Shown: positions 19,253 through 28,986 of the stretch, piece by piece
Layout: every line of letters starts with the position of its first letter
Numbering within the stretch: the stretch's first letter is position 1
Source of the DNA: Candidatus Lindowbacteria bacterium RIFCSPLOWO2_12_FULL_62_27
Lineage (GTDB): Bacteria > Lindowbacteria > 2-12-FULL-62-27
DNA: 64,000 nucleotides
Assembly (NCBI GenBank): GCA_001784175.1
Contig: MFPR01000003.1
Coordinates: 1 to 64,000, forward strand
Direction: 5' to 3'
The notes under the pieces: generated by a model
Told to the model about the DNA's origin: nothing
Seen by the model: the letters and a program-made list of their open reading frames with translations, nothing else
The model's database searches: none
Translations under genes and position numbers: made by a program

Positions 19253-19894
19253 CTATCCTTTCAGTTTCCGCATGCGGCTGACGTCCGTGTGCGCGAACGT
19301 TTCATGAACGCTCTGAATGAACCCGCCGAAAATCATGGCGGCCAGAAGGACGTCGAACAGAACGGCCATCTCGATCACAAACGGCAGGCCCCGACTGATC
19401 CGGAGCGACAGAATCAGAATTCCGTTTTCGAGAATCAGAAATCCGATCACCTGGCCCACGGCCTTCCGCCGGTTGACCATGATCAGCATGCCCGTCAGGA
19501 TCGTCGCCAGCCCCACGGCGCCCATGAGACCGTCGTGCGGCCGGAGCGGCGCGGGAATGAGCGCGCCGGCCCGGAAGGCGGCGGCGAGGATGGCGAATCC
19601 GACGAGGACCGACGCCACGGGTCCGAGAAAGGGCTGGGCCACGCGAAATTCGTCGGTCGACCGGATCACGCGGATCAAAATGAGCGGCATGAGTATCCCT
19701 TTCACGATCAGGGTCCCCGCTGACAGAAACAACGCCTGCGGCGATCCCGCGAGCGCCTCGGGCAGAGGCAGGACCGCCAGGAGACATCCCTGCAGGGCGA
19801 TCGAGCGGACGCTGTTGACGTACCGGCCCGTGTTGAGGATGTAAAAATTGGTGATCACGACGAGGACAAGGACCGCCGGAAATTCCCCCGTCAT
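19253..19894 (-). CDS. hyfE: HyfE-like membrane subunit
   Basis: Hydrophobic; QVIGFLILENG; EMAVLFDV; position within the operon. Confidence 0.85.
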   Translation of the reverse strand: MTGEFPAVLVLVVITNFYILNTGRYVNSVRSIALQGCLLAVLPLPEALAGSPQALFLSAGTLIVKGILMPLILIRVIRSTDEFRVAQPFLGPVASVLVGFAILAAAFRAGALIPAPLRPHDGLMGAVGLATILTGMLIMVNRRKAVGQVIGFLILENGILILSLRISRGLPFVIEMAVLFDVLLAAMIFGGFIQSVHETFAHTDVSRMRKLKG

Positions 19895-20832
19895 GAGCCG
19901 GCCGCCAGCGTCAGGATCACGCCGAATCCGGAAAGAACAAACGAGAGCGCCAGAAGCTGCGGGATGCGCGACAGGCGCAGCCGTGCCATCGTCGATTCTA
20001 TGACGCCGACGAGAACCGACAGCGCCGCAAGGCCAATCACCAGCGCGGCCCCGCCCTCCCAGAATCCCCCGCTGCGGATGGGACACACGATCCGGACGAG
20101 GAGTGCGCCGAGCGCAAAGAATTTGACGGCCGATCCGTATTCGATCAGCGCGAGGTCCGGCCCGCCGTGATCGAGGACCATGACTTCGTGGATCATCGTC
20201 AATTCCAGATGGGTGTTCGGATCATCCACCGGAATCCGGGAATTCTCCGTCAGAAAGACGACGAGAAACGCCGCCGTGACCAGACAGAGCGCCGGCGCGT
20301 GAATCGACCAGATACGGATCAGCCCCACGCTCAGCACATCGCTCATCGAAAAACTTCCCGCTTCGCGCGCCAGCGCCAGAAGACCCAATAGAAGCGCCGG
20401 TTCCGCCAGGCACGAGAACGCCGCCTCGCGGCTTGCGCCCATGCCCTCGAAGGCCGAGCCCGTGTCGAGCGCCGCCGTCATCGTGAAAAAGCGCGACAGG
20501 CCCCAGAGGTAGGCGAAGAGAATCAGGTCGCCCTGAAACGTCAGCGGCGATTCCATCCCGCCCAGCGGAATGATCAGCGTCGCCGCCAGGGCCGCTGAAA
20601 ACGAAACCACGGGACCGGCCCGAAACAGCCACGTCGTCGTGCGGCTGTACACCGCGCCCTTGCGAAAGAGTTTGAAAATGTCCCGGTAGGGCTGCAGGAG
20701 CGGCGGGCCCCGCCGGCCCGCAAACCATGCCTTGGTTTTGGCGACGATCCCGGGCAGGATCGGCGAAACGGCGAGAACGAAGGCCCACTGCCGGACGATT
20801 TCCCGCGCGGTATCCATCAGATCGGTCATCAT
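19891..20832 (-). CDS. hyfC: HyfC/NuoH-like membrane subunit
   Basis: GRRGPPLLQPYRDIFKL, GASRE, ENSRIPVD, ELTMIHE. Confidence 0.88.
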   Translation of the reverse strand: MMTDLMDTAREIVRQWAFVLAVSPILPGIVAKTKAWFAGRRGPPLLQPYRDIFKLFRKGAVYSRTTTWLFRAGPVVSFSAALAATLIIPLGGMESPLTFQGDLILFAYLWGLSRFFTMTAALDTGSAFEGMGASREAAFSCLAEPALLLGLLALAREAGSFSMSDVLSVGLIRIWSIHAPALCLVTAAFLVVFLTENSRIPVDDPNTHLELTMIHEVMVLDHGGPDLALIEYGSAVKFFALGALLVRIVCPIRSGGFWEGGAALVIGLAALSVLVGVIESTMARLRLSRIPQLLALSFVLSGFGVILTLAAGS

Positions 20833-22799
20833 CGGAACGCCTGAAACGACAGAATCGCCGCGAGTGTGACGAAAACATAGAGAAGATAGGTCTGCACGCG
20901 ACCCTGCTGAACCCACTGCAATTTTTCTGCGGCGCCTTGAATCCAACCGAAAAGAGGCCCAAATACGCGGCGAGTCGCCAGATCGCCGGTGTGAGATTCG
21001 TAGGAGGCCTCCTTGGGAAAGTATCCGGCCGGCGGCCGGCGATGTTCCTGCGGCTGGAGAATCGCTTGAAAGAGATCCATGAAAGGCTGAACAAACGAGC
21101 CGGCGGTGTACTGCATCCTGGGGGTCGGCGCGGCATAGCCGCAGTCCCACGTGACGGTTTGTCCCGCAGGCCGCCCGGCCAGCATCCACCGTCGCACGAT
21201 CGCGATGAGAATCATCAGCGCGACCAGCGCGCCGATGCAAAGATTCGCCCACTGGAGCGTCCCCGCCAGCGTCAGCAGACTCTCTGCGCCGGCGTCCGAA
21301 ACGACGCCGGCCGATAACAGAACCGCCGTCGCCCATCCCCGGCAGGCGGCGGCCGGAAACACGCCGATCAGAACACAGGCGGCGGCCAGCGCCGCCATCG
21401 GCGTGGCCATGGAAAACGGCGTGGCATGGGCGCCGGTCGGACCTCTCGGCTCGCCCAGGAAGACGACGCCGAACACCTTCACGAAACAGGCGCTCGCGAG
21501 TCCGCCGATAAGCGCGAGGCCCGCAATGGCGGCCGCGGCCGCCGCGCCGCCGGCGGCGGAACCCAGGGCCAGTTTGAAAAAGCAGACGTAAATCAGAAAT
21601 TCGCTGACAAACCCGTTCAGCGGCGGCAGGCCGCTGATGGCGGCGGCGCCGATGAGAAACGTCGTGCCGGTCAGCGGCATTTTTTTCAGAAGGCCGCCCA
21701 ATTTCTCGATGTCCCGCGTGCCCGTCGCGTGCAGGACGCTTCCCGCGCCCATAAAGAGCAGGCCCTTGAAGAGCGCATGGTTGATGACGTGCAGAATGGC
21801 CCCGGCCCATCCAAACACCGCCGCCGTTTCCATTCCGTACGACATGCCGAGAAGCCCGCCGCCCAGACCGATCGCGATAATGCCGATGTTTTCCACGCTG
21901 TGATAGGCCAGAAGCCGTTTGATGTCATGCTGGGCGAGCGCGAACAGAACGCCGAGAACCCCGGACGTGAGGCCGATCAAGAGCAGCGTCAGTCCCCACC
22001 ACGCCGGCGGCGGGCCGATCACCGTCACGATCCGGATCAGCCCGTAGATCCCCGTTTTGATCATGACGCCGGACATCACGGCCGAAACGTGGCTCGGCGC
22101 CGCCGGGTGCGCCTCCGGAAGCCACACATGAAGCGGCCAGAATCCCGCCTTGGCGCCAAAGCCGATCAGCGCAAGGATGAACCACGCCGAGGCAAGGTGC
22201 GGCCATGTCCGGGATATGCCCTGCCACCGGTCGAAATCGAAACTCCCGGCCGCGCTTCCCATCCACGCAAACAGGAGGACGATGAAGGCCGTGCCGAGAT
22301 GGGTGGCCACGAGGTACATCCAGCCGGCGCGCCGCACGCCGGTCTCGCGGGAGTCGAGCATGACGAGGAAAAAGGACGAGAGCGCCATGACTTCCCATGC
22401 CAGCAGGAACAGCACGGCGTTTTTCGCGGCGACCACCACGCACATGGAGATTGCGAGGAGATGGAAGAAAAAGATGACCTGTCCGATTTGGCGGTTCTCG
22501 CGGCCGTTCAGATATCCCACGCTGTAGACGGAGGCCAGCGCGCTGAGGAGCAGAATCGGAATGAGAAAAATCGCCGAGAGAGGATCCAGCGCGAGATGGA
22601 TCTCGGCGCCGGGCATCTGCCAGCCGGCCCGATACACGGCGCCGCCGCCCGTCACGAGAACCTTTGCGGCCGCCACGAGGCCCAGCGCGGCGCCCGCAAC
22701 CGCCGCGGCCGACGAAACGGCCGGCATGCGCCGGTTGCCGGCAAGTCCGGCGAGGCCGCCGAGCGCCCACAGGCCGAGGCAGAGGAGAAAGAGCGTCAT
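20829..22799 (-). CDS. hyfB: HyfB-like antiporter membrane subunit
   Basis: WEVMALSS, KAGFWPLHVWLPEAHPAAP, NHALFKGLLF, GLPPLNGFVSE, TWDCGY. Confidence 0.88.
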   Translation of the reverse strand: MTLFLLCLGLWALGGLAGLAGNRRMPAVSSAAAVAGAALGLVAAAKVLVTGGGAVYRAGWQMPGAEIHLALDPLSAIFLIPILLLSALASVYSVGYLNGRENRQIGQVIFFFHLLAISMCVVVAAKNAVLFLLAWEVMALSSFFLVMLDSRETGVRRAGWMYLVATHLGTAFIVLLFAWMGSAAGSFDFDRWQGISRTWPHLASAWFILALIGFGAKAGFWPLHVWLPEAHPAAPSHVSAVMSGVMIKTGIYGLIRIVTVIGPPPAWWGLTLLLIGLTSGVLGVLFALAQHDIKRLLAYHSVENIGIIAIGLGGGLLGMSYGMETAAVFGWAGAILHVINHALFKGLLFMGAGSVLHATGTRDIEKLGGLLKKMPLTGTTFLIGAAAISGLPPLNGFVSEFLIYVCFFKLALGSAAGGAAAAAAIAGLALIGGLASACFVKVFGVVFLGEPRGPTGAHATPFSMATPMAALAAACVLIGVFPAAACRGWATAVLLSAGVVSDAGAESLLTLAGTLQWANLCIGALVALMILIAIVRRWMLAGRPAGQTVTWDCGYAAPTPRMQYTAGSFVQPFMDLFQAILQPQEHRRPPAGYFPKEASYESHTGDLATRRVFGPLFGWIQGAAEKLQWVQQGRVQTYLLYVFVTLAAILSFQAFR

Positions 22800-23509
22800 C
22801 GGGCGCGGCCGGCACGGCCGGCGCGGCCGCCCGCTGCGATCACCTGCGCCTCGGCCCTCTCGATCGCGGAAAAAATTTCCTCCCGCGTTTCCCGTTTCTC
22901 AAGAACTTTTCGAACGCGCGCGTCTCTCAAGACAAAGGCCAGCCGGGACAGGAGGTGAAGGTGGGCCCGGACGGTGGGGCTGATCATGATGAAGAGCGTC
23001 GACACGGGCTTTCCATCCAGCGCGCCGAACTCGATCGGATGCTCCAGGAACGCGAGCGTGATGGAAGGCCGGGTGACGTGAAGGACGATGGGATTGCGGA
23101 CATGAGGAATCGCGATGCCGTCTCCGATGCCGGTGGACCCCAGCGCTTCGCGCGCCATGAGCACTTTCAGAAGAAAATTGAGATTGACCTCCTCGGGAAG
23201 ACGCAGATGTTCGACGACGCTCGACAGGACCCGCGACTTGTCCCGGCCCTCGATGCGGTACAGAACCCCGCCGTTCCGGAGCGCCTCCGAAACCGCGGGA
23301 AGCGGAATTCCGCCGGACTCCGGCTCGGACAGGATGCCGGGGTCGAGCGGGATCTTTCTCGACGTCGCCCATTCCAGAAGCTCCACGCGGTTGAACCGAA
23401 GGGTCTCGTGGAGCCGGTAGGCGGGGACCCCGCCCTGTTTGATCCAGCGGTAGAGCGTCTTTTCCGACACGTTCAAGAGTGCGGCGGCATCTTTGACGGA
23501 TAAGTTCAT
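22796..23509 (-). CDS. Excisionase-type HTH fused to a PTS EIIA(Ntr)-like domain
   Basis: LSVKDAAALLNVSEKTLYRW; REALGSTGIGDGIAIPH; FGALDGKPV. Confidence 0.88.
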   Translation of the reverse strand: MNLSVKDAAALLNVSEKTLYRWIKQGGVPAYRLHETLRFNRVELLEWATSRKIPLDPGILSEPESGGIPLPAVSEALRNGGVLYRIEGRDKSRVLSSVVEHLRLPEEVNLNFLLKVLMAREALGSTGIGDGIAIPHVRNPIVLHVTRPSITLAFLEHPIEFGALDGKPVSTLFIMISPTVRAHLHLLSRLAFVLRDARVRKVLEKRETREEIFSAIERAEAQVIAAGGRAGRAGRAR

Positions 23510-23510
23510 A

Positions 23511-23552
23511 TGTCTCAGTTTGTCTCATATTTCTCACGGCGCCGGATGTCAA
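23511..23552 (-). promoter_or_regulatory. Promoter of the ptsN-ehr operon with three direct repeats
   Basis: On the minus strand TTGACA-17-TATGAG, with TGAGAAA/TGAGACA/TGAGACA repeats at a 9-10 bp period. Confidence 0.55.
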
Positions 23553-23622
23553 GCGGCAAGCCTTGTCAGAATTTGCCGCGACCAGTTACAATGCGCGCAC
23601 AGAACAACAAAGGAGGATGTCC

Positions 23623-24234
23623 ATGGGCACAGAAGTCAGAGCGACCAACATTACGTGGCACGGCGGCGAGGTGACGTCCGAGATGCGGCAGGACCGGATG
23701 CGGCAGCGCGGCGCGACGGTTTGGCTGACCGGGCTTTCGGCGTCGGGCAAATCGACGATCGCGCGCGATCTGGAACGGAAACTTCACGAGGGCGGGCGCA
23801 TCTCTTATGTCCTCGACGGCGACAACATCCGGCACGGGCTCAACAAGGACCTCGGGTTTTCGCCGAAGGACCGGGAGGAAAATATCCGGCGGATCGGAGA
23901 AGTCGCGGCGCTCTTCACCGACGCCAATCTCATCGTCATCACGGCCTTCATCTCGCCCTACCGCCAGGACCGGGACAACGTCCGAAAGCTCATGAAGGAG
24001 GGCCAGTTTATCGAAGTCCACGTGGACTGCGATGTCGACACGTGTGAGAAGCGAGACCCGAAGGGGCTGTATCAGAAGGCGAAGGCAGGGCAGATCCCCG
24101 AGTTTACCGGGATTTCCGCGCCGTATGAGGCGCCTCTCAAACCCGAGATCGTCATTCCGTCCGCGCGGATGAGCGTCGACGAGGCCGCCGGCCTTCTGAT
24201 GACGTACCTGCGGAAGAACCGGTTTTTGCTCTGA
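23623..24234 (+). CDS. cysC: Adenylyl-sulfate kinase
   Basis: WLTGLSASGKST, LDGDNIRHGL, RDPKGLY, FTGISAPYE; SD AGGAGG. Confidence 0.95.
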   Translation: MGTEVRATNITWHGGEVTSEMRQDRMRQRGATVWLTGLSASGKSTIARDLERKLHEGGRISYVLDGDNIRHGLNKDLGFSPKDREENIRRIGEVAALFTDANLIVITAFISPYRQDRDNVRKLMKEGQFIEVHVDCDVDTCEKRDPKGLYQKAKAGQIPEFTGISAPYEAPLKPEIVIPSARMSVDEAAGLLMTYLRKNRFLL

Positions 24235-24974
24235 TGCAATTTCAAAGTCACGACCTCGCGGCTCTCGATGGACTGGACGTCGATGGCCGGCTGAAATGGG
24301 CGTCGGACCGGTTCCCCGGCCGGGCCGGGATCGGCACCAGCTTTCAGCACAATGGGATGCTCCTGATCGATATCCGCTGCCGCCGCAATCTCACCGGCCT
24401 CCGCATTTACACCATCGACACCGAACGGCTCCTGCCCGAAACGTACGACTTCATCAAGACGATCGAAGCGCAGTACGGCATTCGGATCGAGGTCCACCGG
24501 CCCGACCCGGCGGAAATCCGGAAGATGGTCGACGAGCACGGTCTCTACCTGTTTTTTGACAGCAAGGAGAAGCAGGAGTATTGCTGTTATCTTCGGAAGG
24601 TCAAACCCCACGACCGCGTGTTGGACGGCCTCGACGTGTGGATCACGGGCCTGCGGCGCGTGCAGTCCGAACACCGCCAGCGCGTGCCGCTGTACGAGAT
24701 CATCGACCGCAAAGGCCGGCAGATTCTAAAACTGAATCCGCTGTTCGACTGGACGGACGAGCGGATCGAGGCGGAGGTCAAACGCCGAAACGTCCCCGTC
24801 CACCCGCTCTATTCGCAGGGATTCCCGAGTTTCGGCTGCGTCATCTGCACCACGCCGATCAGGCCGGGCGAGGACAAGCGCGCCGGTCGATGGCGGTGGC
24901 GCACAGGGCGCGCCGCGGTCGACGACAAGAAGGAGTGCGGACTGCACATCGAAAAAGGCGCGGACGCCGATTAA
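24234..24974 (+). CDS. cysH: APS/PAPS reductase, Fe-S (APS-type) motif
   Basis: CCYLRKV, WITGLRR, SFGCVICT, RAGRW, KECGLH. Confidence 0.92.
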   Translation: MQFQSHDLAALDGLDVDGRLKWASDRFPGRAGIGTSFQHNGMLLIDIRCRRNLTGLRIYTIDTERLLPETYDFIKTIEAQYGIRIEVHRPDPAEIRKMVDEHGLYLFFDSKEKQEYCCYLRKVKPHDRVLDGLDVWITGLRRVQSEHRQRVPLYEIIDRKGRQILKLNPLFDWTDERIEAEVKRRNVPVHPLYSQGFPSFGCVICTTPIRPGEDKRAGRWRWRTGRAAVDDKKECGLHIEKGADAD

Positions 24975-25636
24975 TTGAGGCTCGGGTCGCCGGTGGTGTG
25001 TTTCCTTTCCAGATAAACTTTTTTCATCTGAAGCATGCCGACCATCTTGTGGTACAGGAGGTCGGCGCGTTCCGACACGCGCGTTTCCTCCAGGATCGGC
25101 TGTTTCTCGTACGGATCGATCGACAGATAGTAGGAGAGCGTATCGATGATGGTGGCCAGCGGCGCCGTGAAATCGACGGGGACCCGGTTGAGCCGCATTT
25201 TGTTGTAGACGAAAAACTCGGGAATCGACAGCGCCGCCCCGCGCAGCTTCTCCCGGGTCCGTTCCGTTTCCGATTCAGTCACGTTCTCGATCCGGTCCGG
25301 CAGGAGGCTGATTTTCGCCTCGCGGTAAGGCTCGGGCTGGACGATCTTGGACACGCTGAACCGGCTGATGCCTTTGAGCAGAATATTGAACCGCCCGTCG
25401 GGGAACCGCTCCTGGTCGACGATCTCGCCCATGCACCCGACCGGATAGATGTCGGGGTTCTCGTAGTATTTTTCCTCCCATCCCTTTTTGAGCAGCACCA
25501 TCCCGATCCGTTTCGGGCCCTGCAGCGCCGACTCGACCATCAGGCGGTAGCGGGGTTCAAAGATATGGAGAGGCAAAATCACGTCCGGGAACAGGACAAC
25601 GTTGGGCAACGGGAACAGCGGAATTTTTTCTCGCAT
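24971..25636 (-). CDS. LON peptidase substrate-binding-domain protein
   Basis: PLFPLPNVVLFP..LPLHIFEPRY. Confidence 0.9.
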   Translation of the reverse strand: MREKIPLFPLPNVVLFPDVILPLHIFEPRYRLMVESALQGPKRIGMVLLKKGWEEKYYENPDIYPVGCMGEIVDQERFPDGRFNILLKGISRFSVSKIVQPEPYREAKISLLPDRIENVTESETERTREKLRGAALSIPEFFVYNKMRLNRVPVDFTAPLATIIDTLSYYLSIDPYEKQPILEETRVSERADLLYHKMVGMLQMKKVYLERKHTTGDPSLN

Positions 25637-25667
25637 GGTCAAATCTTATGGTGTCGGCACGGGCTTG

Positions 25668-26117
25668 TCAATCCGGCGCGGGCGCCATGTCGCTGCCGTC
25701 ATACGGCGGCGTGAAGGTCGCGAGGGCGGCCGCCGGCCGAGGGCCGGCATTGACGAAATAGTGCCGCGTGCCCCGTTCGATCTCGAAGACCGATCCGACG
25801 CCCGCACGGATTTTCCTGTGGCCGATCACCAGCGTCCCCCGGCCGCGGAGGACGACCACGCGAAGGTCGTGGTTGGCATGGACATGGGGGGCCTCGGAAT
25901 CCCGCACTTGCACGACATGGACGCTCGACGTTTCCCCGGTTCCGATCAGGTCCACCCGGATGTTTTGCTGCGGCGCGAGCGGATGGTCCTTCAAAAATCG
26001 CCCGAGGTCGATGACCTGCCCGCCGAGATGCAGATTGAGCGCGGCCGTGGTTGTGGCGCAGGCGGCCAGCACAAGCAACACCGAAACGGCGATCCACCTC
26101 GTCCGGAACCCGTCCAT
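25668..26117 (-). CDS. Cupin-domain lipoprotein
   Basis: LAAC lipobox; PHVHANHD...GTRH. Confidence 0.75.
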   Translation of the reverse strand: MDGFRTRWIAVSVLLVLAACATTTAALNLHLGGQVIDLGRFLKDHPLAPQQNIRVDLIGTGETSSVHVVQVRDSEAPHVHANHDLRVVVLRGRGTLVIGHRKIRAGVGSVFEIERGTRHYFVNAGPRPAAALATFTPPYDGSDMAPAPD

Positions 26118-26204
26118 GCTGTCACCCAATCTCGCGTGGACCGGTTCGTCAAGGCCGGGGTTCATGCTTGAGTTGTGCGCGGCGTTGGGTTACGATCCAC
26201 GCTT

Positions 26205-28973
26205 ATGGCTGAATCAAAATTGTCAGGATCGGTCCTGCTGCCGAAAACGAGTTTCGCCATGCGGGGCCAACTGTCGAAACAGGAGCCGGCGCGGCTCAAG
26301 GCGTGGGTCGAGGGAAAATTGTACGAGGAGGCCCGGAAGGCGCGCCGGACTGCGCGCGCGTTTCATTTTCACGACGGGCCGCCGTACGCCAACGGCCATA
26401 TCCACATGGGCACCGCGCTCAACAAAATCCTCAAGGACATCGTCGTCCGCTACAAGCTCCTGAGGGGGTTCGACGCGCCGTATGTCCACGGATGGGACTG
26501 CCACGGCCTGCCGATCGAACTCAAGGCGCTCGAAAACGATCCGTCCATCGCCGCCGCGGCCCGGTCGGGCAACGATCCCGAGACGAAATTGCGCGTCCGT
26601 AAGGCGTGCCGGGCCTATGCGGAGAAATATCTTGACGTGCAGCGCGGGGAATTTCGGAGGCTCGGGGTCCTCGGCGACCTCGACCGTCCCTACATCACCA
26701 TGGATCCGGCCTATCAGGCCGACATTCTCGAGGGGCTGGCGCGGCTCGTGGAGGAGGGGTACGTGCGGCGCGCGGAGAAGCCGGTGTTGTGGTGCGCGAA
26801 GTGCCGGACGGCGCTGGCTGACGCGGAGGTCGAATACGAAGAGTCGACGTCGCCGGCCATCACGGTCAAGTTCCCGCTGGAATCGGATCCGAAGTCGTAC
26901 CTGCTCATCTGGACCACCACGCCCTGGACGTTGCCGGCCAATCTCGCCGTCGCCGTCAAACCCGACGCGACGTATCTTCGGGCGAAGGTCGGCGAAGAAG
27001 TGTGGATTGCCGCCGAGACGCGGGCGGCGTCTTCGGGCGTTCCCGCCGGCGCGCCGGCCGAGCGCGTGCCCGGCAAGGACCTCGTGGGTCTCGTCTACCG
27101 CCATCCGTTCGCGGGCCGGACGGGCAAGGTCTATCCCGCCGGTTTTGTGACGATGGACACCGGAACCGGACTGGTGCACATCGCGCCGGGCCACGGCGAG
27201 GAGGACTTTCAGCTTGGGCAAAAATATCAGATCCCGACCTTGTCGCCGGTGGATGGCGCCGGCCGCTTCACGCGAGACGGCGGAGAATTTGCCGGCCAGT
27301 TTGTGTTTGACGCCAATCCGCATGTTGTCGACCGACTCCGCTTGGCCGGCGCGCTCGTCAAGTCCGAGGAAATTCTGCACACGTATCCGCACTGCTGGCG
27401 CTGCAAGAAACCCGTGATTTTCCGCGCCACGCCCCAGTGGTTTGTCTCGGTCGACCACCAGGGGCTGCGGAAAAAAATGCTCGACGCGATCGGCCAGGTC
27501 CGGTGGGTTCCGGCCGTCGGTGAAAACCGGATTCGGGGGATGGTCGAATCCCGGCCGGACTGGTGCATTTCCCGGCAGAGGATTTGGGGCGTGCCGATCC
27601 CGGCGGTTCACTGCCGGTCGTGCGGCTGCGCGCATCTGGACGCGTCGATTGTGCGGCGCGTTTCTCAGGCGGTGCGGGCGCGGTCCGCCGACGTGTGGTT
27701 TTCCGAACCTCCCGCGTCCTTTCTGCCGCCGGGCTGGTCGTGTCCCTCGTGCGGCTCGGCCGATTTCAAGCGCGAGGAGGACATCCTGGATGTCTGGTTC
27801 GATTCGGGCATGTCGCACATCGCGGCCTTTGAGCGGCGCCACGAAACCTGGCCCGCCGATCTCTATCTGGAAGGCTCCGACCAGCATCGCGGCTGGTTTC
27901 AGGTGTCTCTGCTTTTGGGCGTGGCCCTGAAGGGCCGGCCGCCGTTCAGGCAGGTGCTCACGCACGGATTCATCTGCGACGCCGGCGGCCGCAAGATGTC
28001 CAAATCGCTCGGCAACGCGGTGGCGCCGCAGGAAGTGGTGGACAAGCACGGCGCGGACGTCCTCCGGTTGTGGGTGGCCGGCAGCGACTACACGAGCGAC
28101 ATCCGGATCGGAGAAACCATTCTGTCCGAAACGGTGGACACGTACCGCCGGATCCGGAACACGATCCGCTTTCTTCTCGGCAACCTGCACGATTTCGATC
28201 CCGGCGCGGCCGTCGCGTTTGACGAGATGGACGCGCTCGACCGATTCATGCTCCAGCGCATGTCCAGGCTGGCCGCGGAGACGCTGGAGGCGTACGACGC
28301 GTACGATTTTTCGACCGTGGTCCGGCGCGTGCGGGATTTCTGTTCGGAGGATCTGTCCGGATTCTATCTGGACGTTCTCAAGGACCGTCTCTATTGCGAT
28401 GCGCGGGACGGCCGGTCCCGCCGGTCCGGCCAGACCGTGCTCCATCATCTGGCGGAGCAGGTCCTGTTCCTGATTTCGCCCATCCTGCCCTTTACGGCGG
28501 ACGAGGCGTGGGAGGCGATGCCGTACCGTCCAGGAAGCCGGGAAAGCCGACCGGCGATTCCCGAGTATCGGCCGCTGCATGTGCCTCTGGCCATGAGCGA
28601 TTCGCCGGCGCAACAGGTATTCGAGCAGGTTCTCCGGCTCCGAAAAGAAGTCAACGGGACGATCGAAAAGGTCCGGCAGGCCGGGCAGATCGGAAGTTCC
28701 CTCGAAGCGCAGGTGTCGATCCGGGCCTCCGGCGCCGAATACGCGCAGCTTTCATCCGTCGCGGACCGGCTCGCCGAGTGGTTCATCGTGTCGGCGTGCA
28801 AGCTGGAGGAATCGCCGGCGGGCCCGCGGGAAATCCGCGTGGACCGCGCGGCCGGCGAGAAGTGCGACCGGTGCTGGAAATATGTTCCTGTCCGTCATCC
28901 GGTCGACCAGGGCGCGGTCTGCCCGCGATGCGCGGACGTTCTTCGAGGTCTCGCCCTGAGTTCGCGTTCGTAG
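26205..28973 (+). CDS. ileS: Isoleucine-tRNA ligase (type 1)
   Basis: DGPPYANG-HMGT, WTTTPWT, KMSKS, C-terminal CDRC..CPRC zinc finger. Confidence 0.97.
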   Translation: MAESKLSGSVLLPKTSFAMRGQLSKQEPARLKAWVEGKLYEEARKARRTARAFHFHDGPPYANGHIHMGTALNKILKDIVVRYKLLRGFDAPYVHGWDCHGLPIELKALENDPSIAAAARSGNDPETKLRVRKACRAYAEKYLDVQRGEFRRLGVLGDLDRPYITMDPAYQADILEGLARLVEEGYVRRAEKPVLWCAKCRTALADAEVEYEESTSPAITVKFPLESDPKSYLLIWTTTPWTLPANLAVAVKPDATYLRAKVGEEVWIAAETRAASSGVPAGAPAERVPGKDLVGLVYRHPFAGRTGKVYPAGFVTMDTGTGLVHIAPGHGEEDFQLGQKYQIPTLSPVDGAGRFTRDGGEFAGQFVFDANPHVVDRLRLAGALVKSEEILHTYPHCWRCKKPVIFRATPQWFVSVDHQGLRKKMLDAIGQVRWVPAVGENRIRGMVESRPDWCISRQRIWGVPIPAVHCRSCGCAHLDASIVRRVSQAVRARSADVWFSEPPASFLPPGWSCPSCGSADFKREEDILDVWFDSGMSHIAAFERRHETWPADLYLEGSDQHRGWFQVSLLLGVALKGRPPFRQVLTHGFICDAGGRKMSKSLGNAVAPQEVVDKHGADVLRLWVAGSDYTSDIRIGETILSETVDTYRRIRNTIRFLLGNLHDFDPGAAVAFDEMDALDRFMLQRMSRLAAETLEAYDAYDFSTVVRRVRDFCSEDLSGFYLDVLKDRLYCDARDGRSRRSGQTVLHHLAEQVLFLISPILPFTADEAWEAMPYRPGSRESRPAIPEYRPLHVPLAMSDSPAQQVFEQVLRLRKEVNGTIEKVRQAGQIGSSLEAQVSIRASGAEYAQLSSVADRLAEWFIVSACKLEESPAGPREIRVDRAAGEKCDRCWKYVPVRHPVDQGAVCPRCADVLRGLALSSRS

Positions 28974-28986
28974 TTTCCGCCTGTTG

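Noticed and set aside
15498-22799. Functional formate hydrogenlyase / hydrogenase-4
   Set aside because: The Ni-binding CxxC motifs are absent from the large subunit.
26385-26420. IleRS HMGT variant of the HIGH motif as a resistance allele
   Set aside because: It is within normal variation, and the gene is a type 1 ileS in the usual ileS-lspA context.
26223-28613. Long antisense ORFs (796 aa here; also 4330-5910, 16322-18235, 37532-39094)
   Set aside because: Shadow frames of GC-rich genes with no recognisable motifs.
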